Made by a program: the position numbers and the translations under genes. From the NCBI GenBank assembly GCA_039586365.1, contig JBDHKN010000006.1:7162-71161 (forward strand): a DNA stretch of 64,000 nt. The letters run 5' to 3'. The notes under the pieces are model-generated. The model was not told the DNA's origin. It saw only the letters and a list, made by a program, of their open reading frames with translations, and did no database searches. This document shows positions 20,289-29,429 of this stretch, one piece after another. The stretch is from Gemmatimonadota bacterium. Lineage in GTDB: Bacteria > Gemmatimonadota > Gemmatimonadetes > Gemmatimonadales > GWC2-71-9. Every line of letters begins with the position of its first letter. Position 1 is the stretch's first letter.

Positions 20289-20618
20289 GATGGTCTCCGT
20301 CGTACAAGTCCGATCGATAGCAGGCGGCAGACCCGATTAGTACTGCCGGCCATCCTGTGCTCAGACACGGACAGGGTCAAGTAACCATCCCTGGTCGAGA
20401 GCTACAAGCCCTGCTGCCGCCACAAACCGAGGACTCGCGTTGCACGTTCTCGTCAAGACAGCAAGTGAACGTACGGCGTTGCTCCGGGTCCGAAGAAACT
20501 CCGTAGACCAGAATCCCCTCGATCCAGTCATTGGTCAGCTTGCTGGGCGCGTAGCCGACTTCTATACTTCTGGACTTCAATAACTTCCCTTTAACAAGTT
20601 GATCGCGAAGACTCCCCG

Positions 20619-21953
20619 ATGGCCGATACCTCGCTCATGGACAGACTCGTGTCGCTCGCCAAGCGACGTGGATTCGTTTACCAATCTTCCGAGATCTACG
20701 GTGGGGTCGGATCCGTGTGGGATTACGGGCCGCTGGGCGTCGAGCTCAAGAAGAACCTCAAAGAGCGCTGGTGGCGCTCCATGGTTCACGAGCGCGAGGA
20801 CATTGAGGGACTAGATGCCGCGATCCTGATGCACCCGAGGGTTTGGGAAGCCTCCGGACACGTGTCGGGATTCACCGATCCGCTGGTCGATTGCAGACAG
20901 TGCAAGAACCGGTTTCGTGATGATGATCCGCGGATCAAGGGGGAACCGGGGCATCCCGAGACCAAATGCCCAGTCTGCGGTAACAAGGGAACCTTGACCG
21001 AACCACGCCTTTTCAACCTCATGTTCAAGACCTTCATGGGGCCGGTGGAAGAGGACGCTGCGATCGTGTATCTGCGGCCGGAGACCGCTCAGGGCATCTA
21101 CGTCAACTACCTCAACGTGCAGCAATCCGCAAGGCAGAAGATTCCGTTTGGAATAGCTCAGGTCGGCAAGGCATTTCGCAACGAAATAACCCCTGGGAAC
21201 TTCATCTTCCGCACCCGCGAGTTCGAGCAGATGGAGATGCAGTTTTTTGTGAAGCCGGGTGACGACGACAAATGGTTCGAGGAATGGCGTGGCATCCGCA
21301 TGCAGTGGCACAAAGACCTCGGGATCGCTCCCGGGAAGCTGCGCTTTCACGAACACGCATCAGATGAATTAGCCCACTACGCCAAGGTTGCCTACGACAT
21401 CGAGTACCAATTCCCCTTCGGGTGGCAAGAATTCGAGGGTATCCACAATCGGACCGACTTCGACCTCCATCGCCACCAGGAATACTCAGGCAAGAAACTC
21501 GAGTACGTGGATACGGCCAACAATGAACGCTACATCCCCTACATAATCGAGACGTCGCTCGGGGCGGACCGGCTAGCATTGGTGGTTCTGGTTGACGCGT
21601 ATCGCGAGGAGGAGGTGCATGGGGAAAAGCGAGTCGTGCTTGGGCTCCATCCGACGATCGCGCCCGTCAAAGTAGGCGTCTTCCCATTGGTAAAGAAAGA
21701 CGGTATGCCGGAGCTGTCGCGCCGGATGTTCGACGACCTACGCTCACGGTTCCCGGCGTTCTATGACGACGGTGGGTCAATCGGTCGACGTTACCGGCGT
21801 CAGGACGAGGCGGGCACACCATTCGGGGTCACGGTGGACGGCCAAAGCCTCGAAGATGGCACCGTTACTGTTCGGCACCGGGACACGTTGGAGCAGGACA
21901 GGGTGAGCAAAGACCAACTGATTCAGTATGTCACTGAGCGACTGAGCGGGTGA
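20619..21953 (+). CDS. glyQS: Glycine--tRNA ligase (dimeric class II GlyQS type)
   Basis: 444 aa. [32 protein letters not shown], the RPETAQG motif, and CPVCG zinc-knuckle insertions typical of GlyRS. Confidence 0.95.
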   Translation: MADTSLMDRLVSLAKRRGFVYQSSEIYGGVGSVWDYGPLGVELKKNLKERWWRSMVHEREDIEGLDAAILMHPRVWEASGHVSGFTDPLVDCRQCKNRFRDDDPRIKGEPGHPETKCPVCGNKGTLTEPRLFNLMFKTFMGPVEEDAAIVYLRPETAQGIYVNYLNVQQSARQKIPFGIAQVGKAFRNEITPGNFIFRTREFEQMEMQFFVKPGDDDKWFEEWRGIRMQWHKDLGIAPGKLRFHEHASDELAHYAKVAYDIEYQFPFGWQEFEGIHNRTDFDLHRHQEYSGKKLEYVDTANNERYIPYIIETSLGADRLALVVLVDAYREEEVHGEKRVVLGLHPTIAPVKVGVFPLVKKDGMPELSRRMFDDLRSRFPAFYDDGGSIGRRYRRQDEAGTPFGVTVDGQSLEDGTVTVRHRDTLEQDRVSKDQLIQYVTERLSG

Positions 21954-22065
21954 GGATAGACAGGATCGTCTCTGCCGGGGAAGAGTTGCAGGAAACCCTC
22001 GGCCGGGAGCATACCTTACTCTCGCCGGTCACAAGAGCGAACCGGAATTTCAGAAAATCTTCTGA

Positions 22066-22290
22066 TTAGCCGGGTATCTCCCAGCCTGGCAAATGGAAGC
22101 TGCTCTTCAGGCGATGCTGCTGGAGCGTTTCGATGAGCGCTGGTACCCCAATCGCGCAGCCGGCAGGTTCCTTCATGAGTTGACGGAACACGGCCAGCAG
22201 ATCCCAACCGATCGCTTGGCCAAGGATGCTACTGGCTGCCGGCTCTGGCTCGAACCGGTGCGCGTTCGCTTGGAAGAGTTGTTGAATTGA
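22066..22290 (+). pseudogene. Possible orphan C-terminal remnant of a larger (metallopeptidase-like?) gene
   Basis: The frame is open only from 22066, after an in-frame TGA at 22063. The sequence ...LLERFDERWYPNRAAGRFLHELTEHGQQIPTDRLA... resembles the C-terminal end of longer proteins, and there is no upstream coding partner. Weak call. Confidence 0.3.
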
Positions 22291-22362
22291 GTCGCCAGCC
22301 GACAGCAGCTACGCATCAGCCGAAAGGTGAAGGCCGCCAGCTGAAAGCTCAACTTCGCCGCT

Positions 22363-22659
22363 CTAACCCCTCTTGCGCACGTACTCCGAGACTACATCCT
22401 GCGCGAATTCGAGAATCTGCTCCGGCGAATCGTCGGGATCGCACATCTCAGGCGTCTCGATGATATCGGTGACCATCTCTTCCCACCATGGTGCTTCCAG
22501 GATAGCCGTGCACCCTTCTGCGTCGAGTCCTACCCCGATCATCTCGTCCCGCGTCGGAATGTCGAATTCGATGCACACCCCGCCACCTGATCCACCGTCC
22601 TTCAGGCGGACCTTCTGTCGCAGGTACTTGATGATCGCCCGCAGTTCCTCGGAGTTCAT
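22363..22659 (-). CDS. Acidic hypothetical protein
   Basis: ATG 22659 lies 6 nt after AAGGAG. 98 aa (MNSEELRAIIKYLRQK...), no family recognised. Same strand as the NSS transporter and downstream of it. Confidence 0.4.
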   Translation of the reverse strand: MNSEELRAIIKYLRQKVRLKDGGSGGGVCIEFDIPTRDEMIGVGLDAEGCTAILEAPWWEEMVTDIIETPEMCDPDDSPEQILEFAQDVVSEYVRKRG

Positions 22660-22768
22660 TCGGGACTCCTTCACTGATCACTTTTCTCCACTGACTGCTC
22701 GCCTATCATACTTCACCGCTTGCTGCTGCACTACTCACCGCATACTGCCAGGGTGTCGTGACGTCGGC

Positions 22769-22870
22769 TCACTGCTGATCTTTCTTGGCAGACTGAAACA
22801 GCAGATACACAAATCCGCCCCAAACCCCCGCCAGCACGATGATCATCATGATCCAGCCGCTTGCGCTCAT
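22769..22870 (-). CDS. MetS-like small membrane subunit of the NSS transporter (33 aa, absent from the ORF track)
   Basis: Reverse strand reads MSASGWIMMIIVLAGVWGGFVYLLFQSAKKDQQ*: one TM helix plus a basic tail. Its ATG at 22870 lies one nt from the transporter stop at 22872-22874. Confidence 0.6.
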   Translation of the reverse strand: MSASGWIMMIIVLAGVWGGFVYLLFQSAKKDQQ

Positions 22871-22871
22871 A

Positions 22872-24335
22872 CTAGGCTCCTTCCTTTACGCCGACGCGGG
22901 CAGCCCACCAGCGGTTGAAGAGAATGAGTACCGCGATCAACAGCGCCCACTGCGCGAGCGTCGTTCCCAGGCTCAAGGTGTGGAACGGGTTCCACCAGCC
23001 CTCCGGGTCGTATACAGCTACAGCTTGATAGAACCACCAGATCATGAGCGCGACGAACTCCAAGGGGATTACGTACTTTATGACGAACACGAACCAGCGA
23101 CCAATGGGTCGCCGTTCCTCTGGGGTGTTGATCAGCCGGTCGCGGAATCGTCCCGCTCCGTACTTGGCTGCGGCCAGAGAAATGAAGAGACCAGACACTA
23201 TTAGCCCAAGTCCCCACACCCAGTCCTGATTCTGGAAGAATCCGAGCTTCCAAGCTGAGGGAAGTCCCAAGAGGAATCCGACCACCCCAACAAGTGGTAC
23301 CGCAATCTTACGCTTGATCCCTAGGTCGACGCCTATGCGCGTTGCCATCTCGATCATTGCAATGAGCGAGGACATTGCGGCAAAGCTCAGGGCGAGGAAA
23401 AACATGGCGAGGAATAGCTGTCCGGCCGGTATCTGTGCAAAGAGCTGAGGCATCCAGATAAAGGTCAGTCCTTCATTGCCCGCACCTAACGCTACTCGAG
23501 CTTCCACCTCCGGCAACACTGCGAAGACGGTGCACATGACCGCGATGCCGGCCAGCAGCGATGCGGTGTAGTCGCCAAACGCCGTAGTGTAACCGGTCAG
23601 CACGAAGTCGTGCTTCTTCTGGAGGTATACGCCGTAGGTCATTGCCAAGCCCCATGCTGCGCCGACGCTCCAGGCGGACTGACTCAACGCCTCGAGCCAC
23701 ACTTCGTGAGATAGTAAGTCACGCCAGACCGGCGTAAACAGGAATCCAAGGCCTTTGATTGCCCCGGGGAGGGTCACAGCCCGTATCGCTGCCACCGTCA
23801 ATAACACAAACAATATCGGAATCAGCAGGCGGTTAGTCCGTTCGATACCCTTGACGACTCCGCGGGAGATGATGAAACAGCCGACAGCCATCGCCAGAAA
23901 ATGAAAGTACACAGGCTGGATACCGCTGCTTGTGAAATTCTCCCAATACGTCTCAAAGTTGCCACTGGTGAATCCGGGGCCGAGCGTCGCGAAGAAATAT
24001 TTGATGCACCATCCAGTGACGACAGAGTAGTAGAACATGATGAAGCAGGTGCAGAGTCCCACAAAGGCACCCATCCAGTTGTACTTGCTCCCAATCAGAT
24101 GTCCGATAGCTCCCGCGGGACCCCTCCGAGTGTGCTTACCCAGTGCGAACTCGCTGATTATCAAGGGGAGGGACCAGGCAAACATGAACAGCAGCCAGGC
24201 GATCAGGAATGCACCGCCGCCGTTGGCGGCCGCAACTCGGGGAAACCGCCAGATATTTCCGGTTCCCACGGCCATGCCTATGGCCGCGAGCAGGATGCCC
24301 CAGCGGGTGCTGAATTGGTCGTTGTTTTCGGTCAT
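22872..24335 (-). CDS. Sodium-dependent transporter, neurotransmitter:sodium symporter (SNF/NSS) family
   Basis: ATG 24335 gives MTENNDQFSTRWGILLAAIGMAVGTGNIWRFP, the NSS signature, with ~11-12 TM segments. The upstream 51 codons of ORF 22872-24488 look non-coding. Confidence 0.9.
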   Translation of the reverse strand: MTENNDQFSTRWGILLAAIGMAVGTGNIWRFPRVAAANGGGAFLIAWLLFMFAWSLPLIISEFALGKHTRRGPAGAIGHLIGSKYNWMGAFVGLCTCFIMFYYSVVTGWCIKYFFATLGPGFTSGNFETYWENFTSSGIQPVYFHFLAMAVGCFIISRGVVKGIERTNRLLIPILFVLLTVAAIRAVTLPGAIKGLGFLFTPVWRDLLSHEVWLEALSQSAWSVGAAWGLAMTYGVYLQKKHDFVLTGYTTAFGDYTASLLAGIAVMCTVFAVLPEVEARVALGAGNEGLTFIWMPQLFAQIPAGQLFLAMFFLALSFAAMSSLIAMIEMATRIGVDLGIKRKIAVPLVGVVGFLLGLPSAWKLGFFQNQDWVWGLGLIVSGLFISLAAAKYGAGRFRDRLINTPEERRPIGRWFVFVIKYVIPLEFVALMIWWFYQAVAVYDPEGWWNPFHTLSLGTTLAQWALLIAVLILFNRWWAARVGVKEGA

Positions 24336-24789
24336 GTGTGCCCTCAGTGAGTTTTCGGATGGTTCCAAGCCCAAACTCTGGCCGGTCATTTTAGCCCGAT
24401 TCCAGGGAAATGGGAACAGCAGAGGGATGCTAGGGGTGCTACTCCGACAGCCCGAGTCATCATCTCTTTCCCCAACTGTCTGACGCAAGTCTCGGCCTCG
24501 GCGTAGCTAAATGCACCGGTGCGAAGTCCCCAAACTGAATCCAAGCCACTTGCGACTCACCCAATCCCTAAAGGCAATTTGGGAGGCAGTGTGCGACCTT
24601 TTGGAGCAACAAAGATGTTGCTCATTTCGTGCTCCAACTTGGAGTTTCCTGGCATCCGCCACGTTCCTGCGCTCAAGAATTGCGGTGTCGTTACTTTAGG
24701 TTTCTGGCGGGGATTCCGTTGGAACCTTATTATCCCGCGCCTGGGTTACAGCATTCTCCTGCCGTTTGATGATTCTCGGAGGTCTGTGC

Positions 24790-26103
24790 TTGAAGGAACA
24801 AAGCTCGAGCCACAAAGAACGTTCCCGCTCCGCAGTGCTATGTGAGCGTGCTGGCAAAGTGCTCGTGGGCGGAGTGAACAGTCCGGTGCGTGCCTTCCGA
24901 GCGGTGGGAGGCAAGCCGGTCTTCATAGACCGCATGGAGGGTGCGTGCGTCCACGACGTGGATGGAAACACCTATGTAGATCTAGTGGGCAGTTGGGGGC
25001 CCTCGGTTGTGGGGCACGCGCACGCGGACGTGGTTGAGGCGGTGCGAGAGGCGGCCGCACGGGGTCTGAGTTTTGGCGCTTGTTGTGCAGCGGAGGCTGA
25101 GTTGGCGGAACTCATCGTCGGGGCCGTGCCATCCATTGAGCTGGTCCGGTTCGTCAACAGCGGTACCGAAGCTACCATGAGTGCGATCCGCCTCGCACGG
25201 GCCGCCACGGGTAGGTCCAAGATCCTCAAGTTCGTGGGGTGCTACCATGGGCACGTCGACGGGCTGTTAGTGGCTGCCGGTTCGGGAGCGGCTACGTTTG
25301 GGGTGCCCGATTCGGCTGGTGTGCCTGCATCGTACACCCGTGAAACCCTACTGGCTCAATTCAATGACTTGAAGGCAGTAGAACGGGTCATGAGCCGGCA
25401 TGGCTCGGAGGTAGCCGCGATCTTGGTTGAGCCGGTGGCGGGGAATATGGGCTACGTGGAGCCGGTTCGCGGATTCTTGGGGGGGCTGCGCACACTGTGC
25501 GATGAACATGGCAGCCTGTTGATCTTCGACGAAGTGATGACCGGCTTCAGGGTCGCGTGGGGCGGTTATCAGAACTCTTGTGGCATCAATCCCAATTTGA
25601 CCTGCTTGGGCAAAGTCATTGGTGGTGGGATGCCGGTAGCAGCCTATGGTGGTGCGAAGGAACTCATGGAGCTGGTGAGTCCTCTGGGGCCAACCTATCA
25701 AGCCGGTACGCTGAGCGGCAGCCCCGTCGGCATGGCTGCCGGTATCGCGACTCTGAAGCTGTGCAAGGCGACCGGCTTCTACGATTCGCTACATGGCAAG
25801 TCCCTGCAACTTGCGCTGGGGCTCCAAGCAGCAGCAGCTGAGGCGGGTCTTACCGTGCAGACGGGTGCCACTGGAGGGATGTTGGGTATGGCTTTCCTGG
25901 ACCGGCCGGTGCGCAACTTCGCTGACGCGCAGGCCTGCAATCACGATCTGTTTGCTGCGTTCTTCCGAGCGATGCTGGACCGGGGCGTTTGGCTGCCACC
26001 CTCGGGATACGAAGCCATGTTCCTCTCCGCCGCGCACGACGACGACGCGATCGGGCGGATTCTCGACGCAGCAAGAGAGAGCTTCCGAATTCGACTGCCA
26101 TGA
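24790..26103 (+). CDS. hemL: Glutamate-1-semialdehyde 2,1-aminomutase
   Basis: GGVNSPVRAFRAVGG, SGTEATMSAIRLAR, DEVMTGFR and the GKVIGGG lysine motif. Start is uncertain: TTG 24790, 7 nt after GGAGG, or ATG 24766. Confidence 0.92.
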   Translation: MKEQSSSHKERSRSAVLCERAGKVLVGGVNSPVRAFRAVGGKPVFIDRMEGACVHDVDGNTYVDLVGSWGPSVVGHAHADVVEAVREAAARGLSFGACCAAEAELAELIVGAVPSIELVRFVNSGTEATMSAIRLARAATGRSKILKFVGCYHGHVDGLLVAAGSGAATFGVPDSAGVPASYTRETLLAQFNDLKAVERVMSRHGSEVAAILVEPVAGNMGYVEPVRGFLGGLRTLCDEHGSLLIFDEVMTGFRVAWGGYQNSCGINPNLTCLGKVIGGGMPVAAYGGAKELMELVSPLGPTYQAGTLSGSPVGMAAGIATLKLCKATGFYDSLHGKSLQLALGLQAAAAEAGLTVQTGATGGMLGMAFLDRPVRNFADAQACNHDLFAAFFRAMLDRGVWLPPSGYEAMFLSAAHDDDAIGRILDAARESFRIRLP

Positions 26104-26990
26104 ACTCCCTACGTGTGGGAACTCGTGGCAGCGATCTGGCGCTATGGCAGGCGAACTGGATCTGTGATCGGTTGCGCGATACGCACTCAGGTGTGGCGGC
26201 CGAGCTAGTTGTCATCAAGACCCACGGTGACGTGACTGCGGATGAGAGGTTCGGTCGGACCTGGCCTGTAGGAGCGTTCGTCAGGGCGTTGGAAACGGCC
26301 CTGCTCGACGAGAGGATCGATGTCGCGGTGCACAGCTGCAAAGACCTGCAGACCACTCAGACGAGCGGGCTGCGGATTGCGGCAACGCCGGTGCGGGAAG
26401 TCGCGAACGACGTGCTCCTAACCAGCACGGGCGTACGATTGGACAGCCTGCCTCCCCTCGCGCGCATCGGGACGAGCAGTCCGCGCCGGGCCGCCCAGAT
26501 ACTACAACTGGGGGACTTCGAGATCGTCCCTCTGCGGGGCAATGTTCCGACTCGTATAGCCAAGATGGAGCAGCAAGGTCTCGATGGGATCGTGCTGGCG
26601 GCGGCCGGGCTCAGGCGGTTGGGGATCGACTATCCCCACGCGATCGACCTCCCCACGGATAGCTTCGTTCCCGCGCCGGGCCAGGGTGCGTTGGCGGTTC
26701 AGGTGCGTGCAGGGAGTGAAGCCTCGGAGCTAGTGACGGTCCTGGAGGATCCGCCGACGCGCGCAGCCGTTACCGCCGAGCGGTGTCTCCTCCGCGAGAT
26801 CAACGCGGGCTGCCACACACCGGTCGGTGCGCTGGCCACGGTGGATGCCGGGACGATATCACTCCAGGCGCAGTTGTTCAGTGACGATTACAGGCGCTGC
26901 GTGGCAGGTAGCGAGTCGGGTATGATTCCCGAGGTCATCGGAGCAAGCTTAGCCCGCAGACTGATGGAAGAGCTACGGGGCCGGCGGTAG
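26100..26990 (+). CDS. hemC: Hydroxymethylbilane synthase (porphobilinogen deaminase)
   Basis: ATG 26100 (ATGA overlap with the hemL stop) gives MNSLRVGTRGSDLALWQANW, with IKTHGD, GTSSPRR, RGNVPTR and a GCHTPVGA cysteine motif. Confidence 0.93.
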   Translation: MNSLRVGTRGSDLALWQANWICDRLRDTHSGVAAELVVIKTHGDVTADERFGRTWPVGAFVRALETALLDERIDVAVHSCKDLQTTQTSGLRIAATPVREVANDVLLTSTGVRLDSLPPLARIGTSSPRRAAQILQLGDFEIVPLRGNVPTRIAKMEQQGLDGIVLAAAGLRRLGIDYPHAIDLPTDSFVPAPGQGALAVQVRAGSEASELVTVLEDPPTRAAVTAERCLLREINAGCHTPVGALATVDAGTISLQAQLFSDDYRRCVAGSESGMIPEVIGASLARRLMEELRGRR

Positions 26991-26997
26991 TAGCTGC

Positions 26998-28023
26998 TCA
27001 GCCGTGGGTTTCTTGCCACCAGCGGGCGTAGTCCAACGCTGCATAAGAGAATATCAGGTCTGCACCGGCGCGCGATATCCCCAAGAGCGCCTCTGTCATG
27101 CAGGCCCGGTAGTCGAGCCAACCCCTATCCGCCGCCGCTTTGATCATGGAGTATTCTCCGCTCACTTGGTATGCGGCGATTGGTAGTGCAGTACCTTTCC
27201 GGAGCCGGCTTATCACGTCGAGGTAGGGAAGAGCTGGTTTGACCATTAGGATGTCCGCACCCTCATCCTCGTCGAGCATGGCCTCGACTGACGCTTCGCG
27301 GGCGTTTGCCGGGTCAATCTGGTAAGTCTTTTTGTCCGTGGGGACGTTTGGGGCGGCAGCCGGGGCGGAATCGAGCGCCTCCCGAAATGGTCCGTAGTAC
27401 CCCGAGGCATACTTTGCGGTGTAACTCAGAATAGCCACGTCAAACGCCTCTGCCGCGTCTAGGGCAGCGCGGATGGCGGCGACCCGCCCATCCATCATGT
27501 CGGACGGAGCGACCATGTCTGCACCGGCTTCCGCATGCAGCACGGCCATCCTGGCCAACATATCTACGGTTTCATCGTTGAGTATTGTCCCATCTGGAGA
27601 GACCAGTCCGTCGTGTCCATGACTCGAATAGGGGTCAAGAGCGATATCAGTGACAATGTAGGCTTCGGGGATCGCTTGCTTCAGAGTCTGAACCGCTTGG
27701 CAGAGCAGGTTGTCCGGATTCACCGCCTCCTGCGCATCAGGTGTCTTGCGAGATGGATCGATGGCAGGGAACAGAGCGAAAGCACCTAGGCCCAGCGAAA
27801 GGGCCTCCTTACATCGCTTGATGATTAGATCTACCGACAGGCGGGCATGGCCAGGCATCGCTTCGATCGGCTGGGATATGTTCCGACCAGCTACTGTGAA
27901 CAGCGGCAGGACCAGGTGGTTGGGCCCGAGGTTGGCCTCCTGTACCAAGCCACGTATGACGGCGTTGCGTCGCAGTCGGCGGGGGCGACGCCACGGACGG
28001 GGAAGTTCGGACAGCGAATGCAT
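26998..28023 (-). CDS. hemB: Porphobilinogen synthase (delta-aminolevulinate dehydratase)
   Basis: 341 aa with RPRRLRRNAVIRGLVQE, VAPSDMMDGRV, YASGYYGPFREA, MVKPALPYLD and the active-site pattern. Confidence 0.95.
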   Translation of the reverse strand: MHSLSELPRPWRRPRRLRRNAVIRGLVQEANLGPNHLVLPLFTVAGRNISQPIEAMPGHARLSVDLIIKRCKEALSLGLGAFALFPAIDPSRKTPDAQEAVNPDNLLCQAVQTLKQAIPEAYIVTDIALDPYSSHGHDGLVSPDGTILNDETVDMLARMAVLHAEAGADMVAPSDMMDGRVAAIRAALDAAEAFDVAILSYTAKYASGYYGPFREALDSAPAAAPNVPTDKKTYQIDPANAREASVEAMLDEDEGADILMVKPALPYLDVISRLRKGTALPIAAYQVSGEYSMIKAAADRGWLDYRACMTEALLGISRAGADLIFSYAALDYARWWQETHG

Positions 28024-28150
28024 GCTACGTTCCTTTCGCCACTACAGTCAGTCAAGCTATCGCCTTCGAAAGTAATTGACCCACCGCCAAGCTCGAGCGA
28101 TAGGGGGGAGTCTGTCCGTTGTGAGCTGCAGCACACCAAGACCCGTAAAC

Positions 28151-28166
28151 GTGACAAAAATCTCGC
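28151..28166. promoter_or_regulatory. Rex-type operator box 1 (GTGA-N8-TCGC), abutting the -35 of the rex promoter
   Basis: GTGACAAAAATCTCGC. One of seven copies of the consensus cGTGAcAAAtATCTCACa, which fits the known Rex half-site pattern TGTGA-N8-TCACA. Confidence 0.55.
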
Positions 28167-28172
28167 AAGGCC

Positions 28173-28200
28173 TTGACTCGGGTCCGCCGAGCGCTAAAAT
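28173..28200 (+). promoter_or_regulatory. Sigma70-like promoter of rex
   Basis: TTGACT (28173-28178), 16 nt, TAAAAT (28195-28200), bracketed by Rex boxes 1 and 2. Confidence 0.6.
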
Positions 28201-28218
28201 GAGAAAAGTCGCACAAAC

Positions 28219-28234
28219 GTGACGAATATCTCGC
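28219..28234. promoter_or_regulatory. Rex-type operator box 2, in the rex leader
   Basis: GTGACGAATATCTCGC, 18 nt downstream of the -10 hexamer. Confidence 0.55.
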
Positions 28235-28278
28235 AAAGCGCCAGCGAAGGCAGTGTTCCGTCGCTGAGCGGAGGTGCT

Positions 28279-28914
28279 TTGGCACGCCTTAGAAGATTGG
28301 TACTCGAACGATTGATGCGGTACTATCGGTTCCTCTCGGGATCGACGGGCAGGAAGTCGCCCAAGACAGTCACGAGTGCTCAAATCGCCGAGGCTCTGGA
28401 TCTCGATCCCACCCAAGTGCGCAAGGATTTCGGTGCCATCGGTCTCCTCGGCATGGGCCGAGTCGGATTCGATAGATGTGAGGTATGCCGTTCTATCAGG
28501 GTGGTCATGGGTTTCGACCAGGAATATGAGGCAGTGGTGATAGGCGCCGGTAACCTGGGTGCCGCACTCATGACTTATTCTGGGTTTGATTCCTATGGGT
28601 TGCGCATAGTGGCGGCCTTCGACAATGACCGGCGTGTCATAGGCCGTAAAATCGCAGGACATAAGATTCAATCCACCAGGTCGCTCACGCCGTTCATCAA
28701 AAAGCATGCGATTCGCCTCGCTATCCTCACGACGCCGGTCGAGGTGTCTCAGAAGGTCACGGATCGTCTGGTAGCGACCGGCATAGAGGCGATCTGGAAC
28801 TTCACTCCCACTCACCTCGTGGTACCGCCGAGCGTATTCGTGCGGAACGAGCACATTTCGCTGGGTTTGTCGGTGCTCGCGTACCATTTGAAGGAAGACG
28901 CGGCGGAGGAGTAG
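28279..28914 (+). CDS. rex: Redox-sensing transcriptional repressor Rex
   Basis: LERLMRYYRFL winged-helix start, QVRKDF, and Rossmann VVIGAGNLGAALMTYSGF. TTG 28279 after GGAGG gives a ~211-aa protein of typical Rex length. The track start GTG 28219 coincides with operator box 2 and lacks an RBS. Confidence 0.85.
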   Translation: MARLRRLVLERLMRYYRFLSGSTGRKSPKTVTSAQIAEALDLDPTQVRKDFGAIGLLGMGRVGFDRCEVCRSIRVVMGFDQEYEAVVIGAGNLGAALMTYSGFDSYGLRIVAAFDNDRRVIGRKIAGHKIQSTRSLTPFIKKHAIRLAILTTPVEVSQKVTDRLVATGIEAIWNFTPTHLVVPPSVFVRNEHISLGLSVLAYHLKEDAAEE

Positions 28915-29016
28915 GCGGCCGTGGCGTCCCCCGGGGATTTCCCGAAAATAATGCCAAGGATTTCTGAAGGGTCGTGCTGCCGCATTGCCCTTGGCGCCCA
29001 GTCCCAATGGTAAATC

Positions 29017-29032
29017 GTGACGATAATCTCAC
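29017..29032. promoter_or_regulatory. Rex-type operator box 3
   Basis: GTGACGATAATCTCAC, GTGA-N8-TCAC. Confidence 0.55.
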
Positions 29033-29048
29033 ATACTCATGAGATATC

Positions 29049-29064
29049 GTGATAAATATCTCGT
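29049..29064. promoter_or_regulatory. Rex-type operator box 4
   Basis: GTGATAAATATCTCGT, 32 nt after box 3. It is embedded in the perfect inverted repeat GAGATAT-N8-ATATCTC (29041-29062). Confidence 0.5.
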
Positions 29065-29115
29065 AATCCTTCGCAATGCACTTGCCTCCGCCGGACCGGG
29101 CTGCCAGATTGAATC

Positions 29116-29131
29116 GTGACAAAAATCTCAC
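29116..29131. promoter_or_regulatory. Rex-type operator box 5
   Basis: GTGACAAAAATCTCAC, 67 nt after box 4. Confidence 0.55.
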
Positions 29132-29147
29132 ACTGAGCAGGTTTACC

Positions 29148-29163
29148 GTGACAAATATCTCAC
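29148..29163. promoter_or_regulatory. Rex-type operator box 6, abutting the -35 of the apr promoter
   Basis: GTGACAAATATCTCAC followed by AAGGCCTTGAC, the same junction as box 1 at the rex promoter. Confidence 0.55.
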
Positions 29164-29169
29164 AAGGCC

Positions 29170-29197
29170 TTGACGGGGGTGTTTCACGAGCTAATAT
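29170..29197 (+). promoter_or_regulatory. Sigma70-like promoter of aprBA (and possibly the downstream cluster)
   Basis: TTGACG (29170-29175), 16 nt, TAATAT (29192-29197). This implies a ~225-nt leader before the aprB ATG at 29430. Confidence 0.6.
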
Positions 29198-29215
29198 GAG
29201 CTTGAGCGTGAAATC

Positions 29216-29231
29216 GTGACAAAAATCTCAC
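29216..29231. promoter_or_regulatory. Rex-type operator box 7, just downstream of the apr -10
   Basis: GTGACAAAAATCTCAC, 18 nt after TAATAT. This is the same geometry as box 2. Confidence 0.55.
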
Positions 29232-29429
29232 AACCCAGGCGCAGTCGCTGCGCACCCGAATTGGACGTCTTTTGGTAGCGTGTCTGACGGGTAGAGCAGC
29301 TGTCGATGTGGTCCGCGCCGACTCTCTGTTGCTTGGCGCCTGTCGGCAGATGATGCCGGTGTGGATTTCCAATTGCAGGTTGGGTCGTATTCCCGGGATG
29401 CCCTATCTGAGTAGAAAGGAAGAAGGAAG

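Noticed and set aside
20289-20618. Searched the glyQS upstream region, and also 24336-24789 and 14677-15030, for tRNA, T-box, glycine riboswitch or other structured RNA
   Set aside because: Only short generic hairpins are present, for example GAGCAAC-AAAGAT-GTTGCTC near 24603. No cloverleaf or conserved riboswitch cores were recognisable by eye. A covariance-model scan (Infernal/Rfam, tRNAscan-SE) would be needed to exclude them.
28057-29007. 316-aa ORF on the minus strand covering the rex locus and its promoter region
   Set aside because: It is antisense to a well-supported Rex gene. It is Arg/Pro/His-rich with no recognisable motifs, which is the typical shadow ORF of high-GC DNA.
29065-29115. 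Possible third promoter between Rex boxes 4 and 5, by analogy with the two box-promoter-box modules
   Set aside because: The spacing between the boxes is conserved (67 nt), but the positions corresponding to -35/-10 read TTCGCA and GGACCG. No acceptable -10 sits at the right distance. It is probably a degenerate copy or a pure operator pair.
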